Shown here: positions 37,678 through 46,468 of the stretch, one piece after another
Numbering within the stretch: position 1 is the stretch's first letter
How the letters are laid out: the number at the start of each line of letters is the position of its first letter
DNA from: Amoeboaphelidium protococcarum X5
Lineage: Eukaryota > Fungi > Aphelidiomycota
Length of the DNA stretch: 46,468 bases
Reading direction: 5' to 3'
NCBI GenBank assembly: GCA_023515725.1
Contig: JALDTO010000132.1
Coordinates: 1 to 46,468, forward strand
Notes under the pieces: generated by a model
What the model saw: only the letters and a program-made list of their open reading frames with translations
Database searches by the model: none
What the model was told of the DNA's origin: nothing
Position numbers and translations under genes: made by a program

Positions 37678-38127
37678 TCACTTCTTAGCACTGCCTCTAG
37701 GAGCAAGAGGTGTTCCAATGTCTTTTCCCCTCAGCTTGACGCCCAAATTTCTCTCCATTTTGGCCAAAATCTGCTGATTCGGCACCGCCTTTCCGTTCTC
37801 GTACTCTTGAATGACCTGCTGTTTCTCGTTGATCTTCACAGCCAAATCTTTCTACGTCATTCCCTTGTCCGCTCTAGCCTACGCAATCGCCTTACCAACT
37901 TCCATACCCACAGTCTTCACAGTCAGCTCCTCGGTTTCCCGATCAAGTTTCGCTGCATTTAAATCAGTGCCCATGTTCTTTGGCTTATTACCAGCGGTCA
38001 TCTTCTTCTCAACCGCCAGCACGGCACCATCTCTTCTGGCAGCATTGATCTGACTAGCGCTAGTTGCAGTCTTTGGTGCATTAGTTCGCTTCTTCAGCAC
38101 TGTAACTTTATCCCAATCGTCACTCAT
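37678..38127 (-). CDS. MBF1: Multiprotein bridging factor 1 (149 aa)
   Basis: [38 protein letters not shown] (Q=TAG), [13 protein letters not shown] and LGVKLRG. Confidence 0.96.
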
Positions 38128-38365
38128 ATTTTATAATTTTATTTCAATTTTATTTTTACTTAATTTTTGCAGTATTAATTCGCAAAAGAAATGAATATTT
38201 CGATGATATAAACTCGGCGCTATAAATTTCGGTGAATCTGCAAAGATGGAACTTGGCCGTCGTCAAAGGAAGAATCGTCAAGTGATCGTCGCAACAGAAA
38301 TCAGTCGTAATAGACATAAGACGGTAAAAGCATAAATTAACACGCATTTTACACTCAGAGGATTC

Positions 38366-39238
38366 TCAAAGAATATTGTCATAGATGCTGAGTGCTTACT
38401 AAATTATAGGATCTTGAAGCGATGCTCTCTCAAAATCTTCTAGGTCCAGTTTACCATCACCATCTCTATCCAATGCATTGAAGAGATAGTCAGTTCTTGC
38501 ACGCGCTAGTTTATCGAAATTACTAAGGGGGTCATTGTTCTGATTATTAATTTAGGAACTTCCAGCTTACTGAGGAGAACTAGAGCCATTGAGAGCATGA
38601 TCAGCAGCGCCATTATTCGTCTACTAGAATGACGACTGCTGTACCGAGACACCTTCAATTTATGGCGCCAGGTCTCCCAGCATTTCATACAAAGAACTCA
38701 AAACATCGAAAACTTCATCGCGATCCACCACACCGTCGCGATTAATATCATACAGATTAAATGACCAGTAAAGTCGCTCAAGTTGACTCTTGGTTAGCAC
38801 TTGCATCTATCCATTTTATACCTATTGTGGCGACGAAGATTATGATTGTTCTAATTGTTGCGATTATTATTACAGCGACTACATCGATTGCTGTGCTCCG
38901 CTGGACGACGATTTAAATTTACTCAACGCCTTCATAAACTCTGTGAAGGATACCAGACCATCCTAGTCCTGATCAAACACTCGAAACATGTGATTAGCAA
39001 ATCTTGTAGGATCACCGAACGGAAAGTATTGCTTATAGATCTTTAGCCAGTCAGCTTTACTCATCGCTGGTTCATACTGTTGACTGAGCGCAATGTCTAC
39101 GGATAAATCTACAGTCTTTGCAGTTGCATCCTAACTAAAACCTTTAAACCACATCTGCAGATCCTTCTTATCGAAGCTGGTTATCGCCTGCAAATCGCTA
39201 ATCTTCTCTGGACTCAACTTACTCGCTCCTCCTCCCAT
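38366..39238 (-). CDS. FRQ1: Frequenin/NCS-1 EF-hand calcium sensor with loop insertions (290 aa)
   Basis: Myristoylation motif [30 protein letters not shown] hands [25 protein letters not shown] and [13 protein letters not shown], and C-terminal DPIIQQALSIYD. Confidence 0.9.
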
Positions 39239-39409
39239 TTCTATTAAAGTTTTATCTTTGATTATGAAGTTAGATCTTTCCAGTAAAGAGCGAAATTGAG
39301 ATGGTTTGAAAGGACGCGCTTTAAATGAATGTTTATCAAAAATGAAATCTAAGCTTTGGGAAGAGTAAAGAGTAAATATATTGTTATTAATTATAATTAT
39401 ATTATATAG

Positions 39410-41677
39410 TCATTAATGCATACCGTGGATTCCCAAATTTTGTTGATCCAAACCAGTGTATAAATTGTGAGGTAATTGGGCGCCATATTTACTAAAATTC
39501 TGAGGAGATTGACCATTTTAAGGCTACTACAACTACTGGTATGACTGCAATGGATTGAGGGCGTCCATCTCAGGTGAAGGCTCAGATAACTAAAACGAAG
39601 CAGCTTCAGAACTACTTCGTTACACTGGTTACATAGTAGTTGTTGCAGTTCCTTGATTATCTTCAATCGGCATAGATTTAGAAGGGTGAACATTGTTGAC
39701 AGAGGAATCAAGGCTTTCTACTGACAGCTTCCGCCTCTTGCGCGACTACTCTCCGGATATCGGACGCATAGCCTTGTGCATCTTCTTGTATAATCCGCAG
39801 GCATTGCACAGTACAATGGACTCTTCAACCTCTTCACCGCTCTACTAGTCTTGAACCATGACTGAATCTTTTCGCCATAACGGAGTGGAATCAGTTTAAC
39901 AGTTATAGCACTTGGGCCGCACATATTCCGATTCGCCATTCTTGGCAGCAGCTAAAGCTTTTAAAGACATGGGTCGATGCTTCTAATGTTATTTGTAATA
40001 AAGACCGCAGGCATTACACAAAGTCTCGCCAGTTTCTGGAATTCTACGCCACAGCGGTGTGTTACTAGTCCCGCAATTAGGACATTGCTGCTTACCATCG
40101 CCAGATTTTGCTGAATGAGCAGCTACTGCAGGCGGTAAAGAGGAGCTCGGAAGCAGCGCAGATTTCTTAGGTTCCCGTGGCTTCTTCGCCTTCTGTGCTT
40201 TACCGCTAGGCCCATTCTTCGAACCAGATTCTAGTGATTATGAACGCGATACAACTGTGCTTCCATATCCACCACTGGCAGATGATGAATTAAACGATAG
40301 CTACTACTAAAATTGAAGCTAGTTACTCTATGTAGTTAACTCCGCAAAACTCATCTAACTTTATTAGATACCAATAGACACGCCATGCTAACCAAGATGA
40401 TCCACATTACTGTACAATGATGATCTATTGTGATATTACTCATTGCCATTCAGAACATCAAAAGATGCAGATCGACTCAGTGGATTTTAATGACTTGGGG
40501 CCATGCTTCCCGCCAAGCCAGCGCCCTATTACGGACGGATACCAGAAAAGGAGTAATACATATTCATGGAATTATCAGCGGATTTAAGACCATAACCATT
40601 ATTCTGAGATGCACTTTACTGGGAAGAATCAGCCATATTCCTAACCATTGAACTATCGAAAGACTATCCTAGCAGAGAGGTATCATAATTCTGATATTAT
40701 TATTATAATTATTACTCTTGATTACCCATTAGCACAGATTAAGATGATGAGGATGCGCTTTAAATAAAATTCAGATTCAGATCATCGTCCATACCTGTAA
40801 GCCAGTTGGACATATTATCATATTCTATTTCCGTCATGGGTATCTCCAATCTTGGACCTTCCTCTAAATTACCCAAAATTACAGTAGCAGGAAGTGATCC
40901 AAAAAAGTCTTCGAGGTGAATAGTATGCTCAGCCGGAGTAGCAATATCATGATCATTTTTAGTGAGCTTAGTGTGAACGTGAGAATCTTTAGGCGTCACC
41001 TCACTTTGCATTTTATCAAGACTGCCAACAGGATAAGCCGTTGACTCAATGTCTCCATCCTGGCAATTCAACACTCCATCTGAATGAGGCTCCTACTATG
41101 ATCTGCGTTATGACGACGGAAGAGGCAGTTAATTCTAGCTCTTTAGATAATCTCGATGACGCTTAATTGCAGTTATAGAGTCTACTTCTTCATCCTCATC
41201 TACCTCTTCAATAGCATGCTCACCTATCTAGACGGATGAATGAGATAGTTATGGGGACTCTTTATCAAGGCTTTTAGTATCATTCAGTCTCTTTGATAAT
41301 CGTCGCCTAACACTATCAGCATCAAGCTTCAGCTTTTAAGTAGTCAATAAGCCCACTCTCTTTAATTACTCGCCATCTTGACCCATACGACGACGATGAC
41401 GGCGGATATGATGCTCTTCTTCAACAATGACACCATCACCATTTACTGATCCATTGCTGCAGCCACCACATACTCTCTAATACTTGTACGAGCTTAAAAG
41501 TTTATTATGTAGATGCCACAGTCTCCAGCTCAAATTCTCGAGACGACATCCATTCTCCAGAGAGTCCTTGACCTTTGTACATATTTTCCAAGTCTTGCTC
41601 AACTCCTCCTCAGTCTCTAGAGACGCCAACTGGGAAAATGATTTATTGCCCTTAATCTTCAAGAGTATCGGGGCCAT
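39410..41677 (-). CDS. GATA transcription factor with N-terminal DUF1752 (AreA-N type) motif and two GATA zinc fingers (755 aa)
   Basis: [27 protein letters not shown]; finger 1 CPNC-x18-CNAC; finger 2 CYNC-x30-CNAC. Both fingers carry TPLWR. Ends TAA-TGA. Confidence 0.9.
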
Positions 41678-41792
41678 ACTCTACTTACACTAGATATCAC
41701 CTTATTATTATTCTTTATATATATATACAAACAGACGGATAGAAAATGGACAACGAACAAAGAAAGAGTCAACGGATGTGAATTTAAAGGTG

Positions 41793-41806
41793 CTCTCTCT
41801 CTCTCT
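41793..41806. repeat. (CT)7 microsatellite upstream of the GATA gene; a short TCGC repeat follows near 41896-41910
   Basis: Read directly from the sequence. Confidence 0.8.
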
Positions 41807-42506
41807 TTGTCTCTCCTAATATTGTGAGGATGCAAAACGCAATAACTGCAGGGAGCGCAAAGAAATCGCGAAAAGGATTTTCATGACGCGTCCACTCGCT
41901 CGCTCGCTCGAGATTGATTGATCATCCTCTTAATTAGTTTTGTGTGACACTAGGCATTTCTAGCTTTTTTTCGCATTTATACACATTATTACATCAATCT
42001 CTTGGAATAAATTTTGATTATTTTAATGGAGGTGATACTGTCTGAAATAGTATTTGAATTGTTTGCTTTACAATCTAGCACGCACACATATTACCGGAGC
42101 AATTGTTACTTGTTTTTACATCACTTATCGCGAATTTAATTCATGCAGCATTATCCAAATAATTTTTACATCAACACCGTGGTACTCGAACCTTGACTCA
42201 AATTTTCTGTTTCAATTATTTCATTTATCGCGTCAAACGGCTGATTTCGAGGATTATATCAACTTTCAAAGGCTTATTTTGTTTTTATCACTGTACAATG
42301 TTTCAAACCTATAATATGGTAACATGCTGCCACGGTTGCAACAACATATATGTTAAATAATATTAACTAGCATATGAAGTAGTATGGAGTTAGTCTAGTA
42401 TGCTCATAAAGTAATCTGCAACAGTGTAGTTCTTGTGTGTTTCTCGTGCCAGTCGACGCAAGTTTTGGTTCTTTACAAATTGGTATTCTGAACTAGATAA
42501 ACGTCA

Positions 42507-43110
42507 TGAAGATTGATATTACTGATCTCAAAAAGTGCATGGGAGTAATTAACTGTAGGAACATGTGGTCTTCATCATAGGAGGCAACGTAAGGCACTAC
42601 CATGTGACTAGTCTTATTAGCTCAAGAGGTCACTATTGGTGCTGGCCATGGAGAGCCTTATAACCATTGCTTTAATGCTCTTCCTAGGACGAAAGATCGT
42701 GATTTAAACTAAAGCCGCTTAAGGCATTCAATTGCTTATATGTACTGTAATGAACTCGAAAGCAAGTTTATCGGGAAGAAGATTTTGGTCGTCGCTTGAA
42801 ATCGATATAATTTGCCATAATCCACTGATTGTGATGGAATGTAAATCTTATTGGCGCAAAGACGATTTGCACAAGGTTGAGCTATTTGTCAAAAAGTGCA
42901 AGGTGATTGAGAATTAAATGAAAGGGCCAAGTGCAGAAGTACTTGGCTTGTTTGAGCGCTGAGACGTCTGACGCAAAGGAAGCAAAGAAGTTATGCACTG
43001 AGAATACCATTGTCTTCACAACCCAATTCGATTGGGCCAGTTGTTTTCAAATTGGGTTTTAGTCCTTGATAGCTGGTGTTGAACTGAAGCTCTTTTACGA
43101 AAAGGCGTGA
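42507..43110 (+). pseudogene. Frameshifted remnant of a PD-(D/E)xK restriction-endonuclease-fold protein
   Basis: LEIDIICHNPLIVMECKSYWRKDDLHKVELFVKK fits the EID...ExK pattern. The plausible continuation GQVQKYLACL..AKEAKKLC is in another frame after about 42921, and the upstream part is also broken. Confidence 0.5.
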
Positions 43111-43136
43111 TTATAATCCGTGTAATAAAGTTAGAG

Positions 43137-43934
43137 ATGTGCTTATCTAGTTGCCTAGAAGAAGAAAAGTGGAAAGACGATATTTGTTATTCTGACAATG
43201 AGCGACTTGATGGAATCCTGGCATTTGCAAGACTCAGTTTGACCATCTATGGTTTGTTTGACATTTTGCAGAATTTTATCAATGTAGTTGTTTGGTAGAA
43301 GGAGTAGTAGGATGGTCCTCAGAAGGTTAGATTGTTGTTTAGCCATAGAAGCTGCTGGTAGTGGAATGAAGAGAACGTTTCTCCTTGGGATAATGAAGAG
43401 CTTGGGGCATGTTTAGTGTTTAGGTAAGATAAAGTACGTAGATTATTTCAGCAAGAAGCAAAGTAATGTTACTCTAAATGATGATGAGAATGGAAAAGCA
43501 TAAAGATTAGCTTGAATCCATTTAGAGGTGAGATTGCCCTGCTTACTCGTCTTATCGACTAGTTTAAGCAGCTATGTAAGGTTGATGAAAAGATTGTGCC
43601 AACGATGTGGAGCTGCTATAATGATGGCTACAAGAATATGAAAGTTTTTTGGAAATCTAAAGATGATGACGATGGCTAATTGCTACCATGGATTTCTGCA
43701 CATTACAAGGTGGCAATGGACTGGAAGGATTTGAAGCAAGACTAAGTTTTAGTAGCCAATGTCGTTTTGAAGGGTTACCACATAAAGAAAGATACCACAA
43801 AAAAAGTAATTGTCACGGATAAAATTAGTGGTCCATGTTACGTGTTTCTAAAGGATGACCGTAAGCGTAAGAACATTAAAAGTAGTAAAGATGCTATGCC
43901 TGAAATATCTCCAAGAAAGAAAAGTGTAATCTGA
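43137..43934 (+). pseudogene. Interrupted ORF of unknown family
   Basis: Protein-like frame broken by TGA TGA TGA at 43479-43487, then open to TGA 43934. It abuts the retroelement fragment. Confidence 0.35.
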
Positions 43935-43959
43935 ATGGTCGAATACCACACTGTTATCT

Positions 43960-44430
43960 AAGAAGAAGTCAAGAGATTATTGGAACGCTACAAGGAAGCA
44001 AGCGAAGCCGTTGGAAGTTGGCACGGTGGTGTTTGTCTTGGACGTGAATCAGGAGTCCAAGTGGGATGCGATGTACGAAGGACCTTATGAGATAGTTGGG
44101 ATAGACGGAAAGAAGGCTTATGTGTTGAAGGATGAGATGGGAGCTGTATTGAATCGGCATGTCCCTAGAGAACATCTCAAGGTTAGATCATAAAAGTTTG
44201 CTGATCTGTCTGTGCTGGAGGTGGAGTCGATTCAGGATCACCGTGGATCTGAGAGAGACGGCTTTGAGTATCTGGTTCGGTGGAAGAAGTTGGATGCATC
44301 GGAGGATTCTTGGGAACACCAGAAGAACTTTAATGATTGGAAGGTCATCCAGCGTTACTGGAAGTCTCGTTCTGCTGCGGGGGTGTAGCCTGTGGCTGGA
44401 AACACTCGCATGAAAACACAGCAAAATTGA
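43960..44430 (+). mobile_element. Ty3/Gypsy (chromovirus) pol 3' fragment: integrase GPY/F module plus chromodomain
   Basis: LEVGTVVFV..SKWDAMYEGPYEIV..AYVL, then through an in-frame TAA (44191) LEVESIQDHRG..EYLVRWKKLDASEDSWEHQKNF..IQRYWK. No RT, RNase H, DDE core or LTR seen. Confidence 0.85.
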
Positions 44431-44584
44431 TCAGTGATCTGTCTCAATAGATTCATAATAAAGTTAAAAAATGTAGGATCATAAGTTTCTTCGTTTTACT
44501 AGATCGTATCCTACAGTTATGAAATGATGCTATAATTTGATTTTGTTAAAATGAAAGAAGTATTGACTCTATTAAGTGATTAGA

Positions 44585-45136
44585 TCAATCTTCAAATTGA
44601 AACAACGACTGAACGACGCCATTGTTGGATGTCAACCGCTTTGCACCTTGGAGAGCTATTAGTTCAATTATAAAAACAAATTAACAGACACGGGCACCAG
44701 TGCTTTCAACCAATTATTGAGCGGCAAATGCGCTACCTCCAGTCGCAAGTAGATCATCAAATATTACAACATTAGCGCCGCTGGGTATAGAATCTTTCTG
44801 CATCTGGAAAGTATCGACGCCATATTCCTTCTGGTAAGAGTACTCGGCACAATCACCTGGCAGCTTTCCACTTTTCCTCACTGGTACAAAAGGACAATTC
44901 AAATGAATAGCTAGAGCGGGTCCAAGTAGAAATCCACGAGAATCCAAGCCAACAATTGCATCTACGCGCTCATTAGATTTCCTGATAAGCACAACCAGTT
45001 CTTAAATCATGCATTACACAGCCTAATGATCCTAGAAAATTGGAAATATATCCTGGAATAGAATTCCCTACTTTGGAAAGTCTGGATACGCCTTTATCAG
45101 CGATTTGACGCGCTCCAAACTATATTGTTGAGACAT
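44585..45136 (-). CDS. APT1: Adenine phosphoribosyltransferase (183 aa)
   Basis: YPDFPKQGILFQDI, GLDSRGF, VRKSGKLPG, YQKEYG and the PRPP loop VIFDDLLATGGS. Confidence 0.96.
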
Positions 45137-45716
45137 TTTATTATTATTGCATTGCCATTAAAAGGTCGTAACAGTTTCCATTGGCTTCGATCTAACCAGC
45201 GCGTAACCTTAACTAAGGCGGCGACGCGTCATCATTTCTCCCTCTTTTTTTAGCATTCTTATTGGCTGTTGAAAAAATTCTTCATTATTATTAGCTGTTG
45301 AAAAAAATGAAAAATTGATAAAATAGGCACAAGATCAATGAGCACTATTTTATCGATTTCATATGCACTTTATGATTATAACCAGGAACTTCGCAGTTTC
45401 CGCGAGAGCTGTACAGCTCGATGATACTGAACTTCCTTGGATGTATGAAAGTGCTTTCAGTACCCGATATCTGTCCATGGCTTATCAGAGAATTGATTTG
45501 TCCATGGTCACTCGATATCATTTATTATTATCATAAAAAGATGATGATAAATGTGAGGTACAGGATGAGAAAAGAAAGATAGGAAGTGCAAGCTTACCTT
45601 ATCAAATATGGGGATACCTTTTTTCTCTGATACCGAGTCTTTTCTTTTGTCTTTCTTTCTCTCGTCTTTGTCTTAACTATAAAAAACTTAAAACCTAAAA
45701 CTAACCAGTCATCTAA

Positions 45717-46400
<684 letters not shown>

Positions 46401-46468
46401 TTCAATGATATCTTGATTGAATTATCCCCACAATATCATTGCCATATTTTAATTTTGTCGTCCCATTC

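Noticed and set aside
43479-43487. TGA TGA TGA as selenocysteine or Trp readthrough
   Set aside because: No SECIS or selenoprotein context was recognised. The neighbouring frame reads AAT GAT GAT GAG (NDDE), so a frameshifted relic is the simpler explanation.
10790-45229. ACGCGT sites upstream of ADAM copy 2 (10790), GATA (41886) and APRT (45224) as a shared regulon
   Set aside because: The hexamer also occurs several times within coding sequence and introns, and these genes share no obvious function.
45406-45419. Perfect 14-bp palindrome GAGCTGTACAGCTC in the APRT/Rab2 intergenic region
   Set aside because: One such palindrome is plausible by chance in 46 kb, and no ncRNA or transposon-end context was seen.

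Overview
This is gene-dense eukaryotic nuclear DNA that does not use the standard genetic code. TAA and TAG occur in frame at invariant Gln positions of conserved proteins, and every gene I could model ends in TGA (ciliate-type code, NCBI table 6). The supplied ORF track is therefore broken into fragments. Gene content is fungus-like or holomycotan (DUF1752-GATA factor, frequenin, fungal-type ADAMs, chromoviral Ty3/Gypsy remnant), with a kinesin-2 and a CEP83-like protein. The best fit is an aphelid such as Amoeboaphelidium protococcarum, where TAR=Gln has been reported; this identification is an inference. Re-translating by hand gives about 23 genes: XRCC3/Rad57-like, kinesin-2, ATP23, ORC1-like, UBZ-finger protein, CRD1, two tandem ADAMs, Zim17, a PTEN-type formin, PIGA, MTR10/TNPO3, CEP83-like, a small secreted or GPI-type protein, a FERM-SH3-FERM-CH-DH-PH RhoGEF, an SLC25 carrier, MBF1, FRQ1, a GATA factor, APRT, Rab2 and three orphans. 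A decayed accessory patch lies at about 42.5-44.4 kb. The main points of interest are: all 11 inferred introns end in TGTAG; the RhoGEF domain order is unusual; long insertions fall inside zinc-binding motifs; ORC1 has a deviant Walker A and no BAH domain; and several genes have TAR directly before the TGA stop. No rRNA, tRNA or CRISPR array was recognised. All coordinates come from manual translation.
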